Source of the DNA: Tricharina praecox
Taxonomy: Eukaryota
Length of the DNA stretch: 64,000 bases
Assembly: GCF_024521635.1 (NCBI RefSeq)
Contig: NW_026250406.1
Span: forward strand, 1 to 64,000
Direction: 5' to 3'
In this document: piece after piece, positions 1 to 13,900 of the stretch
How positions within the stretch are numbered: position 1 is the stretch's first letter
How the letters are laid out: every line of letters starts with the position of its first letter
Position numbers and translations under genes: made by a program
The notes under the pieces: generated by a model
Told to the model about the DNA's origin: nothing
Seen by the model: only the letters and a program-made list of their open reading frames with translations
The model's database searches: none

Positions 1-1479
1 ACCCCCGAGATCCCTATCTTGACCCGAACTGTGTTTGGGCACCTAATCAGCCGAGCGTCCTGCGGCTATATTCTGATGTTATGATCGATGCAAATTCCTC
101 AAGACTCATCAACAGTTTGCCACATGTACCCATCCGGCACCAGAACAAGCGTCCGCGACGCGACCGAGAGGAATCCGCTCGACGCCACTGGAATAAGTGA
201 TGTCTGTTGCGAGTCGCCGCGCCGGAAAAGGGGCAGGCCAGATTGTCAGGGTGTCTCGGTTCTCAAATTTCTGACGCGAAATCGGCATCAGGCGCACCGA
301 AGGCGTCATAAGAAGACTTGACAGCCGATGAGGCCGAGCGCCTGAGACTGCGGCTGTCACGGCGATGGAGACTTGGACCCAGTAAACCATGGCGCCTTCG
401 CGAAGGGACAAACAGGGCGCTCAGTGGCGAGAGTGATGGCGTCTGGCAACGGGAGCGGTGAGAAGAAGAATGATAGAGAAGCTGACGTTCTATTCAGCTT
501 CGAGGGCGATCTGATATGGCTCCCTTCCTCTACCTACAACGTTCGACCCCACCCGATTGCCAGCGAGAGAACAGGAATAGGACACAAACGTCCTAGGAAA
601 CACACTAGAGCGACCTCCTGTCGAGTCCAGGAGGTCAGCGAGCCAGAGACACACTAAAGACCCTCCCCGTGGAATCCAGGAGGAGGCAAGCAGACTCACT
701 AGAGATCACACACCAGTAGAAGGAACAGAAAGTAAATTGACCAAGCACTGACTGTAACAAGTGCAGTAAGCGGCAAGGAAAAGAAAGAAAGAAAAGAGAA
801 CCAAAGTGCGGACCACCCCCCCGCTTTGAACAGTGCGCGGTGTCACTAGCGCGGCGACCCCTTCTACACCAGAGACGACGAGGCTAACACCTTCCACCGA
901 AGCAACACCGCCCAAACCGACAACAGCGATCAAAACAAAGACGAAATGTGCGAGCAAAACTAACGAGTCTACGCCGGCCGGACACAACACATACCCCTGC
1001 TCTTGCGTCTTGGCGACAAGCCTCTCAAAGGTCCGCGGCCAAGGCGAACAAGACGACAAGACGAGATATGGGTGTAAGTGTTGCCGAACAGATGTTTGAG
1101 ATGTCTAGGCGCCAAGCCATTACGCACTAGTGGACCGTGTTTCTGAGCTTACGTCGGTTCATAGATACGGTCCGCACCGATCACGCTCCCAGTCGAATGC
1201 CCCCGTCTTATGTCGTAGCCACCGCCACCGCGATAGCCATACACCGCCACACTTCCGTAGCGCCCGACCGGAACACCTTCGGCACCAATAACGCAACAAC
1301 GAATAAAAAGAAAAAGAAAAACTCGCTAACAAAGAAATCCAGAGCTTTGTTGGCCAATATTCTTGCTGCATGGCACTGAAGGACGAGCTGATGGAATACA
1401 CAGGTACGAAGCGGATTCCAGTGTGCCGGTCCCGCGGTTACACCATGTGCTCCACAGCTTACGGCTTCGACCATCTGTA

Positions 1480-2652
1480 ACGGCATCCATGTTACTTGGT
1501 GTGTTAAGGATTCGAAGAACATCCTTCAGGGGGCTTTCCCCGTAGTCGCTGGGTTTCTCGATGGCTAGCGAAAGCCAAAGACATGTCCCATCGGCGTCCT
1601 GGACGAGGTGGTCACGAAGACGTGCTCGTTCAAGCTCAGTGAGCCCGCACATGTGCCTAAGTTCTTCGGCTACGGAGTTAACGACAAGTTCGATGTCTGC
1701 ACCGATCGCAAGCGTTTCCGCCTCTGCTCTCAGTCTGATGATTGGAAGCCCTCTGAACCTTCTTTCGATCGAGCCACAGGAGCGGCTGGTGAGGAGGAAC
1801 TTGAGAGACGTGTCTCTTGTGGTGGGGATCGTGCGGTTTGCCGACACGGCATAACTCAGTGCCAAAGAGTCGATGAGCTTTTCTCGAGTCGATACTTCGC
1901 ATTCGTCCAAGCCGTCGAAGATAATGATCACATCGCCGCAGTCCGGGTCTGCTGTTGCGCTTGTGAAGATACGCCACAACGTGCCGATATCCTCCGTAAA
2001 GTTATCGCCCTTGCTTTCGAAGTCTTTGGTGGCATGTCGGATAAGGGACGGCTTCGCTGTGAAAAGCTGGTGCAGTAGAGCGGAGAGAGCGAACTCTGCT
2101 CTTCTCTGCTCTTCGTTGTCACCTTTGAAGAAGAAGTAGCAAACAGTAGCGGATGGTTCCGATTGACGATCTTCGAGCTCATCGACCAAGAACAAGGCCA
2201 ATACCGACTTCCCACATCCTGGATCCGCCGACACCCACGAAAGACTCGACCTTTGTTCCTGCAGCCACTGCCGATACTTCTCATGGCCGAGGAACCAGCC
2301 AAGGGTTCCTTCGACTCGTGAGGGATTCCGGCTCTTATAGGACTCGTAATCCGGAGTGTAGAGAGAGCGCAAGCATAGCGCTTCGGGGGCTGGAGCGTGA
2401 AGTCAGATCGACGTTATCGTATTTGCGATTCAATGGAGGCGCTTACTTTCGGACCTGCCAACGAACACCAGTTAGCGAATCGTGGTAAATGCCATCCAGC
2501 AGGACCATGCTTCAACAGAACATCCCCGGTACGTATATCGGAGAGGAACTTACTCGGGAGAACCCTGAAAAGCGTTGTCCACCGTTCAAAGTCGACCCTT
2601 TGAAACTGTTGTGTTGGGAGCGCTCGTAGTTCGCTTGGGGTCTGTCTGTCAT
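1480..2652 (-). pseudogene. Truncated/frameshifted NACHT (STAND, NLR-like) gene
   Basis: ORF 1326-2372 has RNPSRVEGTLGWFL..WL, P-loop SADPGCGKS, VCYFFF, Walker B IIIFDGLDEC, KFLLTSR and ADGTCLWLSL; similarity is lost after about 1480 (MDAV), with no sensor repeats. Upstream ATG at 2652 (MTDRPQANYERSQHNSF..) and two introns flanking an 8-nt exon (2447-2454). Joining needs a frameshift near 2580. Confidence 0.8.
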
Positions 2653-3510
2653 GTTGTGGCTGACGGTGGTGACGAGCAGGTCGCTAGGGATGTTGGTTGG
2701 TCTGAATGAAGACTTGGGGTATAGAGAGAAGTATCCTGCCGTGGGCTGGAGGATCTAGCGTTGACGTTGTGTTTTCTGGATGGATGGTTGTTGATATCGA
2801 TTGTTCTGGCACTACGTGGTAGATATATCCATCTGTCCAGTCGGTTCAAGCACCCCTGGTCTGCCCCGCTTCCACTCGGCACAGGAGGTAACGTGACCTA
2901 GTTCTGCTGATGTGTCAGATTTCGCTCAGATATGCTTTTTCATCCTCTCGGAGCCGTTCTTGCCAATGCACATGCATGCCCCCCCATGAGCAAGGATAGT
3001 GAGGCTCGCAATTCAGTTCTTGCCATTGGTTGGTCGTATCGGCCGATATTTTGTGGAGCACCAGAGATCCAGACTTAGGGGCCGTAGCAGCTCTCCCTCT
3101 CCCGAAGATACAACCCATCAGACTCAGAAATGAATGAAGTCAAAATGTGGCTGTAAGTGTGGTGGGCGGTGGGGCGAGTGATTTCCGAGCGAATAGAGTG
3201 GTATTGCCTGTATCCGAACAGAGAAGCCATGTATGTCGACTGCGTCTCGCTAGGACCTACCTGTATATGTAGTCATCGAGAGGCTATTCAAGAGGCTATT
3301 TGGTTAGCCGTGGGATGTTTTATCTTTTTCACGGTCTTGGTGGTTTTACGAGGACACTTTGCCGTTGCCTCTCCAGGCCGACGGACGTGATGAATAATAG
3401 AGCACCCATAGGGTCACAGTAGAAAGAGAGGAAATGGGGGGGTTGACTGTCTATTTTGTACATTACGAGCAAGAAGAACAACAACAAGAAGAAGAAGAAG
3501 AATAAGACCC

Positions 3511-3790
3511 CAGTATTCTACATGGACCAGTCCCGACCAAATTTGGGTATGTTCTGGTCGGGTGTTGTCGGGATATATCCAGACCGACCAGACATAGGTC
3601 GGGATACGTCTGGCTAACAAACGAAATTCGACGTCGGAAGAGCTCTAACAACCGCCGGAAACTTGGGAAACTTTTGCGTCTGATAGAATTGACAGTTAAG
3701 GCGACGTCGGCCGACCTAGGCCGACCGAGCCTGGCAAGGTCTGGTCGGTCGGGATATATTCCGAGCTACCAAAGCCTACGTCGGGTCTAT
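3511..3790. mobile_element. Degenerate copy of hAT-like MITE family
   Basis: Starts CAGTATTCTACA and aligns by eye along its length with 23859-24160 (gaccagtcccgaccaaatttggg; gatagaatt..cagtt..cgacgtcggccgacct; cctggcaaggtctggtcggtcggga). Right TIR not seen. Confidence 0.75.
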
Positions 3791-4876
3791 ATAGTTATAT
3801 CCTAACCGACCACGGACAGACGATTCCCAGGTCTGTTTCATAACTACATCCTCATGTCCATCGAAAGCCAACGCACATGCCATTCACGGTCGAGTTTATT
3901 TTCTTTTTTCAATCATCCATGGCATGCGACCTAGCGAAGGGCCGACGTTCTTGGCCATACGCACACCACCACTGTCCGACCTGACTTTCATCGAGCCGCC
4001 CCGTGTGGTTTTCTCTGCCCTCCGCCCCGGCCTGTCCCAACAATGAAGATAGAGCGCGCCATGGAAATGGCACTAAGAAGAGACAAATTCCGCTCCTCTC
4101 TCCCTACTCCGCCAGTACTCGCTGATCAGTCGATGCTATGGCCAACACAAAACCGCTGTCGCCTCCGTTGCTGTGAGGCACATCTTGCCGGTAGTGCTAT
4201 TTCAGGTAGGTGACTACTATGCACACGCCAAAACAGGCTCCGGCGCTGGGGAAAAGTCTCTCGTTGAGTCGTTCTCCAGCAATACCTATTCTTTCAAACA
4301 GCTTGATACAAGACTCGTCGGGGAGCTTAGAAGGAGAATAAAGCAGTATCAAGCGAAATATAAGGAATCAAAAATGGTTGTGAGAGAGAATTAGAATTAG
4401 GGGCAGATTCTGCAAATACGGTACTAGTAATTACGCGCAGTGACTCCAGCCACTCTAGCATCCAGTCTACAGCCACCAGCCACCAACCACCAGCCATCAC
4501 CCACCAGCCACCAGCCGCATCTCAGTTAACTCGAGAGTCGACGTCCCCTCATCCCGCTTTCCCCCATATCGGCCCTATCCTCACATTCCCTTGCCAACCA
4601 TCACGGCGGCCACGCCATTGATCGCACCCTACGGTGAATCCACATCGCTACGCACTACACGCGGGGGCTAAAAAAATACTCGGAAACATTGCGTGAAGGT
4701 ACAGTCAAAGGGACGAACGGACACAAATGCTCAGGGGGCGAGTAAAATTAGGGCCTACCCTGCATACATACACACGAATCGGGTACACATAAAAACATAC
4801 AGTCGAACTGGATAATAGAAACGATGGACGCGGGGTGAGCCGGAACATGGATGGGAAGCGAAGCGCAAGTAGCGGC

Positions 4877-6221
4877 TCACTCCTCCTTCCGATTCTGGCG
4901 ATTGTTCTCGCGGATGCGGTCGTAGCCCTCGCACGCGGAGTAGATAGTCGTGACCAGGAGGATCAGCGGGACCATCTGGCCAAAGCCCCACTCGGCATGC
5001 GAATTGTCGGAGAGCCACTCGCGGGAATCCTGTGCGGCGACGGTGTAGGCGTTGCTGGTGGTGTTGACGAGCACGGTGATGCCGTCAGCGGCGGTGGCGT
5101 TGAAGAGGCTGACTGTGGCGTTGAGGAGGATGCCGGTGGTTTCCGCGTCGGGGAGCGGGGCGTATTTGCCACGGACTTGGAGCAGTTTGCCCGTGCCGTA
5201 GATCGCGACGGCAAGCGGCGCGAATATCTGGAAAACAAAGAAGGGCAGCCACAAATACCACGGCGTTGCGGAGTGCTTCGGCAAGATGTGCCAATCCCTC
5301 CACCGGCTGATGGCGGAGGTGACGATCGCTATCACTATGAGCGCGATGAAGCCGTAGGCTCCCTTGTTTTCCGGACCGCTGTCGGTGGAGGTGGCGCCGG
5401 AGGTGGCGGTCATAGCCAGTGCGCTAGCCGTGCTACTAGCAGCCGCTGTCGCCGCTGCGACGGCGGAGCCGATGGTGGCGCTGGCGCTGGCGACAGTGGA
5501 CGAGTCGAGGATCGCGGCGGCGGCGGCGCGGCGGCCGAGTGAGGCGGCGAGCGCGTCTAGCGTGGTGTTTCGGACGGCACTGGTGGTCGCGGAGGCCGCG
5601 GCGATGGCGGTGGAGGAGGCTGCGGCTGTGGTTGCATTGGAGATGTCTTCAAGGAAGTAGCACGCCGTGTGTCTAGCCATGCTCGTGGTGTTGACCTCCG
5701 CGAATAGACACAGGAACCACACGAACAGGATCACGGCCGTGACCTGGCCGACAGTTCTGAAGACGAAGCTGAAGCGGTTCTGCCGTAGCCGGCCGTGCAG
5801 CGCCGTCCACGTGAGGCAGTGTGTGCCAAGTGACACCATGGCCATCATCGCGATCAGGTAGTAGTGGTACACGTTCAGCTCGCACTGATGCAGCAGTCCC
5901 GCGGTGAGCAGCGCGATTGACGTGACAACCTGGATGTCGCCGACGCTCATCACCATCGGGATGAGCACCTTGTGCTGAGTGCCCATCTCGCTCACGTGCT
6001 TTCGACCGCCACTCGCGTGGGACTCGTGGGTCAACATTAGCCATATCGAGAGAATCGCGGTGAGCCCGGCGGTCACGAGGAAGGAGCACACGACCTGCAA
6101 AGATTAGCGACGGACAGCTGGTGTAGGATTGATAGACGGGGCTTACACCGATACCGGCGATGTCGGCGTTTGTCTCGATGATGTTGGATGGATCACCGCA
6201 TTCTGCGATGGTACACGTCAT
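4877..6221 (-). CDS. Multi-pass fungal membrane protein of unknown function (2 exons: 6147-6221, 4877-6094)
   Basis: ATG at 6221; 52-nt intron 6095-6146 (GTAAGC..GCTAAT..TTGCAG) joins NADIAGIG to VVCSFL. Several hydrophobic helices, DIQVVT and C-terminal WGFGQMVPLILL motifs, and an Ala/Ser/Thr-rich loop. Confidence 0.85.
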
Positions 6222-9200
6222 CGTAGCAGACGGGACGTCTGTTAGGTTCGTGGGGTGGTGGAGGAAGCGAATGTACTCCGAAAGGACGGATTAGTGTCGG
6301 CGAGACAGTAATGAGTGGTCCGGAGAGCGAACGAGGGACTGGATGCGGAACAGTGGAGTTGCAGTGCCAGATCGAGACGGCTATCGGGGAGACCTTATAT
6401 AATGCCACTCCGCCGTGTATAGGCGATACGATATTGATTGCCAGACTTGTAACCGCGCTGATCCGACCGCTGCCTTGAAACTAGTAAGCACCTACCAGTT
6501 TTTGATGCGCAGCCCCTATCTCCGCTTCATCGGCAACGGTTCCTACCTATGCTTAATTCTGCGCGCAGCGCGCAAGGGCCTACCCATGTATCGAGTCGAG
6601 GGAGACGCTGCAGGGACTGAGCCTCGTCCTTTTCGTGTTTGCGGTTTTGACTGACCGTCCACACATCTCGGGTGCGGTCCAGCGTGCGGAGAAAGTAGAC
6701 GGTATGACAGTAGTTGTCCATTAGCAGCACCCATAAGGGCCTCACTCTCATAGAGAATGCTACTCCATGCGAGTGCATTATGCGCGTACACCCTTCGAGG
6801 CGACAGGCCGATCCCCTGTATTCACGCACGAACGAGCACTCGTATCTTGTATCTGCCTGAACACGCTAGATGCGTAAATCACGGCCCCCACACGCGCAGT
6901 GAGGGTGTGAGCAACTAAAAAGCTACTAGTATCAACCTAGTTCAAGGGTTGGCGCTGTTCCACTCGTCCACATACAGGATGGCATACCCGTTTGTAACTC
7001 GTGTTCAACTGGGCGTGGAGGTTCTGAGAACAAAAATGTAGCTAGAGGAATGCCTCGGCTCGCCCAGGGGCTAGATCTAGGTAGTATGTGGTTTTTTTTC
7101 TCCATCCAGATCTGCAGTTTGAGCAGGAAGTCGTGGAGATCCTGAGCGCGAGAGGGTGTGAAGAGTTCATGCCCACCACGGGTAGGAATTCGCTGGCGGA
7201 GGTCCTTCAACGAATCACTGCGGTCTCCTTTTCCAATTCCGAAGGTCAAGTGTTTCTTCTACCCAGTAACTACTCTGCGATATTGTGAATTGGTTGGCTG
7301 GCGGGGAAAATTGGTGCTAGGCTAGTTATCTCCGAGGAATCTCGAACGACACTGCATTTGACTGCGCGCATCTTCGCGGGTCTATATTCGCACGTTGGCA
7401 CCTGATGGTCCCGCTGCGCACTGTACTATATTACTATCGAGTAGTGCTCCCCCTTCCGACGACAACGCGAATAGCCACAGTCACTGCCATACCAACGCTT
7501 CTTTGGCGGCGTTGACAGGTCTGCGGAACTGTTGACTAAGGACTAGGTGTGGCTTTCATCTAGCGCTGTTCGCAGCACTACTGGATGCGGAAGCGAGGAG
7601 TTCGAGGCCGGCTCAGAGAAGAAGGAGGCGGGCGATGGATATACGCTACAAAACTGCCTCGTCACGCGGTGCTCGAGTTGAGCGGCACCTGTTCGGAGTA
7701 CCTAGTTTACCTACCTATATCGGCAGTAGTCGTACCACATTGTATGAATGAGGGTATATAGGTGGTAATAACTATTGTCCGCGGCGGCACGACCGCGGGC
7801 GAGTTGCTTCGATTGAGCGCCAGCCGAGTGCACTCATTGAGGGACTCAGAAACGTAACCAATTGATTGTGATGAGTCCGATGACGATGGTCAGAAGACGA
7901 ATAGAGAAAGCCGGAGGGGAAGAACTGGAATAGTGATAACAAAAAAACGTTTGCCGACTGGATCGGGTCGGATTCGGGTCCACCATGTTTCCTCTCGTCC
8001 AAATAAGATCTCACCTACCAAATATAAGTCTCAATACGGTCTCTCTCTCCAGGGCCCATCGCCGAAGCTGGGCCACCTCGCCATCCGCGCCCCTCGTTAT
8101 GCAACTTTGACTTATGCACGGCAGCGGAGAAGCGGAGAGGCGGAGAAGTGTCCATATCGGTCTCGCTCGGACGCCGCCGATGCTCACCAATTCAACGCCG
8201 AACCACGAAATAGGGTCGGCTGTGAACCCTGAGGTGTGGCTGCGTGCAAACAGTCACCAGGCCGAAAGACTACCTGTCCATCTATTGCGTCACCCTTTAA
8301 GCAGCTCTCATTTGAAATTCCCTTCTCCAACAAATCTAATCTCGCGCGCAGTGCGCACTGCCAGAGGACGGAAACGTTTAAAACGCGCATCAGGAAATAA
8401 TTCACATCCTGACTGCGCTGGGGTGCTCACCGGAGGTCTATGTATATAGGTGCATACTCTTCATATGTACATGCTTCGATCCCTCGGTCTGATTACCGGT
8501 ACCGTGGGGGCTTATGGGCACTTAAGGCGGCTTACTGGAGCTACATAACCGACGCAGAACTGGTGGAAGCGAACTCTAGGGCTTTGGAACGTCTACCAGG
8601 TAGAGTACATACTCTGGAGTCTACTCCACTCGGAAGGCTGGTTAGATCCGCCGTATGTACAAGCACACCGGAAACATCTCACATACCGGTACTAGTAGTT
8701 ATCCAGTGCAAATTCTTGACCGATATCGCACTTGCCTCTACGTACATAGGCCCCCGGTCGTTGCGAACCGCGTCGCGCGGTGCATCGACAAGTTACGTAA
8801 CAGCTTTGGTGCAGATCTCAAGCCCGATCCCACTAGTAGCCGTTACGCGACGGTGGCTTACGGAAGGCTTATGTAGATAAATATGCAGGGCTGCGGATAG
8901 TTCGGATGTGGGCGACTTCTGGCGACTTTGGCAGGTGCCACCGGTGACCGTTCCGAAACGCAGGCTGCGCTGGGATACGTATGATGGATTCTGCGTGGGG
9001 TAGTTAGCGCGGAAACTCGCTTCCCTTCCTGAGGGGGCGCTGGTCAGGCGCAGTCGCTGCCGCCGACGCCGCCGGGCCGATGGGCGAGATGGGCATGGCA
9101 GATGGTAGCGGAAAGCTCTGTTCCAACTTCGATCCAGAGTAGACCTTGTCGACCCTGCCATCGTGGACCTGTGGCGCATGCGCCCGTCACCTTTTGGCAT

Positions 9201-10388
9201 GAAACAGACGGTCGCTACGTCGCCAATGGGGCCTGTATGCAATTCCTACTTGCGTCGGCCTTGGTCGAGGCTCGATAGGCAGATCCCTCGCCGGCCACGG
9301 CGATTCCACAGTCCACTACATCCGCAACCTCCACAACCTCCAATGCTGCCAGTGCTGCTAGTACCAGAGCTAGTGCCGGTACTACAGTCTGGCAGTTGGC
9401 AGCAAACGGCAGAAGATGACTAACGGTGTGGTCACGGCAACTTTGCGTGTTTTCCGCCACGCACTCGTGACTCGCTCCGCACCTACCAACCGAGCGCTGT
9501 CTCCAATTCGCACTGCAACGCGCAGTTGAACTGGCCGGCAGTGTGCCTTGTGCCTTGAGGCTTCACTGGGCGGCTTGACTGACTGACTGGCATGATAGGC
9601 TGGCTGCAACGGTTGCGACATGCCTGCGCAGTGGGGTTTTATCCCTGCCGTTCGCTGTGGATATTAGTACTCCGCTGGTTGTGTGCGCACTTTACTAGTA
9701 GGAACCGCCCTTACGAGTGGATTCGCATCGTATTATGGTGTGATACATAGCTGCCACATCTATGAAAATCCGCACGAAGGGGGGCACACACAGGGAGGAA
9801 GCCGGGCAATGGAGGCAATATTGCAGCTAGTATCTGGAGGGGATTGCTTCAGATCTTACCCGAGAATCGTGGCTGTGGCTCCGGCTTCGGGAGTCTCGCG
9901 GATTCCTCCATCGCCGCGCATGGTCGCGTTATCAGCCATGCATACTACCGGGGAGCCTACTATGATCTTATCGACGTGACTGAGGATTCGAGGATTCGAG
10001 TCCGGAACGCATGCCAACCGGGAAAGAAACAGGCACGATACGTGGCGTAGCCGGTCAGAGATCTATTGACTCGTGTCGTCTATTCCATAACTACCAGTAT
10101 CGCCATCCAGTACGGTAGATACATTTGAACCAGCCAGAGTTCGAGATTATCGATCGCCATGTTCCTCTCACTGCTCAGTCGCTGTTCCAGTCGCTGTTAC
10201 AATGTCTGTATCTCTGTTGCCGCCGGTACTTTTGCACCTGTAATGTAGTCCGGACTACTAACTACTAGTAGGAGCGTTGATGTCCCAATATTTGTACCCC
10301 CGGTTGGTAATAGTAGTCGAAGCGAGCACGGCGCCGGCCAATCACAACGACGATACCGCAGTAGATAACTAATCAGCCTAATATATAT

Positions 10389-10558
10389 TAGTAGTAGTGG
10401 TAGTAGTAGAAGTAGTAGCAGTAGCAGTAGCAGTAGCAGTAGCAGTAGCAGTAGCAGTAGCAGTGGCAGTAGCAGTAGCAGTAGCAGTAGCAGTAGCAGT
10501 AGCAGTAGCAGTAGCAGTAGCAGTAGCAGTAGCAGTAGAGTAGTAGTAGTAGTAGTAG
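10389..10558. repeat. Compound microsatellite (AGT)n/(AGCAGT)n
   Basis: Directly visible; it explains the poly-L, (AT)n and (YC)n ORFs in the track. Confidence 0.95.
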
Positions 10559-10949
10559 CCGAATTTGGCATGAACATCCATGCCGCCCGGGGGGTGAACT
10601 CGCCCGAGAACTCGTTGCCAATTTTGCAACCCTCCAGTGGCTTCTGGTATAGCGATATGCGGCCGCATGCGACAAATAATTAATGTTCTATCTCTCTATG
10701 GCGATATGCAGCACGGCCATTCACGACTTCGATGGTTCGGAACGAATGCTGGATCTGTCTGTTCATCATATATCATCCGATATTTTCACGCCGGTGAGCG
10801 CTCGGAGTGGAAGTGCTCGGAGGGGATGTAGCTTGCCGGTTTCCTCTGCGGCTTTTCCATCCCCCTTTCCTCCCTGAGCGGCGTCTCTCCTTAATCCATT
10901 TCTGCTGATCCAGGCATAACGAGAACACATCTCAGGTACTGATTACCTA

Positions 10950-13900
10950 CCTAGTTAAGCCCCACCAGTGGCTGGCGAATGTGGCTTTCTGCGGCGGTGG
11001 CGATGGCCTCGGTCGGCACCGAAGCAGGGGTTAGACTGTATGCCAGAATTTTCTCATCTTGGACGATCGCCTGAATGTCTTTCGCTTCGCGAACCTCTCC
11101 GTCGATGAGTACCTCGCCACGAAGCTGTGTGAGGCCGAATCCCACAGAGAAATCGCGAAGGTCTGCATTGGGCTTCTGTGCGCCCCGTCATGGGAGTATT
11201 ACGACACGACGAAGAGAACCAAACAAGGAGAACACCGCGGCCGGCACCTGCTGCTGTACGCGATGGTGTTCTGGCCGTGGCACCTTGCCCGTGATGCTGG
11301 GAATGACTGTCGCATCTTGGCTGGCCTCTGGGATAGATTCCTACTGGGCGAACACTGCCGGCGCTGGCTCGACCTTCTCCGCAGGAACGTCATGACCTGG
11401 AAAAACAGTAGGGACGCTTTCTGGCGTCGAGCGTATGCTGTGCAACAAGGAGGACACGATGTCCTCACTTCGGTCTGCGTGTTTGGGTTGGTATCGAAGC
11501 TTACGTCGGTATTCGAGTCCGTGTTCGTGGAGAAGGCCCGCATTGACTGGTTGCTCCTGCAAGCCTGCAGCGTTGGTGACCTGAATGTCGCGGGGTTCTT
11601 ACTCGACAGAAAGGCCGACATTGCGGTCGCCGACGAAGACGGCCAGCCGCTGCTGCATATCGCCCTGCAGCGACGCGAAAAGAAGGTGGCGCGCTTCCTC
11701 ATCGACCGGGGGGCTGACGTGACCACCGCTGACGCATGCGGGCGCACGGCGCTACACCTGGCAGCGATGGAAGGGAGTGAGGTGGTGGTGCGGTGGCTCG
11801 CCGACCGGGGGGCCGATGTCTCGGCATCTGATTATCCCCGATGGAAGACCCTACTGCACCTGCACTAGAACGGCGGCAGGAGAAGACGGCACGGCTGCTC
11901 GTCGACCGGGGAGTCAAAATCTCGGCCGCCGACGAGGACGGGAAGACGCTGGTGTACCTGGCTGCCGAAAAGGGGTTCGGGGCGATCGTTCGACTGCTCG
12001 TCGAGCGAGGAGCCGACGTCTCGGCAGCCAGCAGGTCCGGGCGAACACCTCTGCACCAGGCGGCGCAGAGAGGAAACGTGGCGATCGTGCGGCTGCTCGC
12101 CGACATGGGGGGCGACGTTACGGCCATCGCGAAGTCCGGAGAGACGCCGCTGCACCGGCCGGCGGAGAGGGGTCACGCGGCGGCGGCGAGGTTGCTGATC
12201 GACCGGGGAGCCGACATTGCGGTTGCCGTTCCCAGCGGCGAGACGCCGCTACATGTGGCTGCCGAGAGCGGGTCCGAGGCCGTCGTCCGCTTGCTCGTCG
12301 ACCGCGGAGCCGCGGTTTCGGTCGCCACCGAGAACGGGTTAACACCCGTGCACATGGCGCTGGGGTGCCGGCCCTCGCCATTGGCGGCGCGGCAGCTCCA
12401 CCGCAGGGATTGCCCCGCCGTGCTCAGCGCGCAGCACCAGGCGACTACGCGTCTACTCGTCGAGCGCGGAGCTAGTGTCTCGGCTGCCGATGGGAGCGGA
12501 AAGACGCCGTTGCATGCCGCTGCGGAGAAGAGGTGCGAGGCGATTGTGCGGGTGCTGCTCGACTGTGGCGCCGGAGCCACGGTAGCCGACAAGTTTGGGA
12601 GGACACCACTTCACGTCGCATCGAGGCGCGGGCACAATGCGATAGCTGGTCTGCTCATCGATCGTGGAGCTGACGTCTGGGCCGTCGATAAGAACGGAGC
12701 GAGGCCGCTGTAGGTCGCTTTGGGAAGGAGGGGCGAGGCCGTGGTACGCCCACTCGTCGACCGCGGTGCAGAATTACTTGCCGCCGACGGAAACGCGAGT
12801 GCCGCGCTCTACGTAGCTCTGCAGAAAGGGTACGCGGACGTCGCCCTAATGCTCGTCAACTGGGGTGCCGACGTCGTGGCCGGAGGCTGCCTAAGTGCAC
12901 CGCTGCACCTGTTCCGACAGCTCGGGTATCAAACGGTGGCGCGGCTGCTGATCGACCGGGGAGCCGACGTCCACGCCGGCAATCAGAACGGGGAAACACC
13001 GCTGCGTCTGGCGTCTGGGAGAGGACACATAGCGATGGTCGCGCTCCTCCTCGACCACGGTGCCACCGTCTCGGCTACGGCCCCAAGCGGTACAACGCCG
13101 CTCTATATGGCGTCGGAGGTAGGCTCCGAGCCGGTGGTGCGGCTGCTGGCCGACCGGTGGCGGACGTCTCTTCCGCCGACGTATCCGGCCGCACTCCACT
13201 GTACCTAGCCTCTGCGGGAGGACACCAAGCGGTGGTCGCGCTGCTCTTCGACCGAGCAGCCGACGTATCAGCTACTGCAACGTGCGGGACGACGCCGCTA
13301 CATGTGGCCGCGGAGATGGGGTCTGAGCCGGTGGCTCGGCTACTCGTCGATCGTGGAGCCGACGTCTGTGCCTCGCACACCACTCTGTCGGGTACACCCC
13401 TGCACCTAGCCTTGCGGCGACGACATCCGTTGGTAACCCGGCTGTTGATCGACCGTGGAGCCGACGTCAATTCCGTCAACTAGGAGGGGCAAGCGCCGCT
13501 GCACGTGGCCACAGAGCGGGGATACGAGGCGGTGGTGCGCCAGCTGGTTGGTCGGGGAGCTGACGTCTCGGCGGTGGATAGATCGGGCCGGACGCCGCTT
13601 CTTGTGGCCTCAGGGCGAGGAGATGAGGCGGTTGCCCGGCCACTCCTTGACTGTGGAGGCGATGTCGCGGCTGCCGACCACGACGGCAGGACACCGCTGC
13701 ACTTGGCCTCGAGCGGAGGACACGAGATGCTCGCCAGCCTGGTGATCGACCGAGGAGCAGATATCTGGGCGGCCGATAATTGGGCGCGGCCACCATTGCA
13801 CCTCGCATCGAGTGGAGGCCACCAGGCATTGGTTCGTGTCCTGCGGGATCACGGCGCCACATGGTTTCCACCCTCTTTCCGATTAAACGTTCCGAAGTGA
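10950..13900 (+). pseudogene. Disrupted NACHT-associated winged-helix plus long ankyrin-repeat gene (NLR C-terminal half)
   Basis: CQNFLILDDRLNVFRFANLSVDEYL and YAMVFWPWHL are post-NACHT motifs, followed by roughly 20 GxTPLHxA..LL.RGADV ankyrin repeats. These are split over five ORFs by frameshifts (about 11840 and 13160) and in-frame TAGs (12711, 13481). No P-loop recognised upstream. Confidence 0.88.

Noticed and set aside
10197..10675. Poly-Leu, (AT)n and (YC)n ORFs; likewise poly-Ile/Ser ORFs at 30380-30891
   Set aside because: Microsatellite translations.
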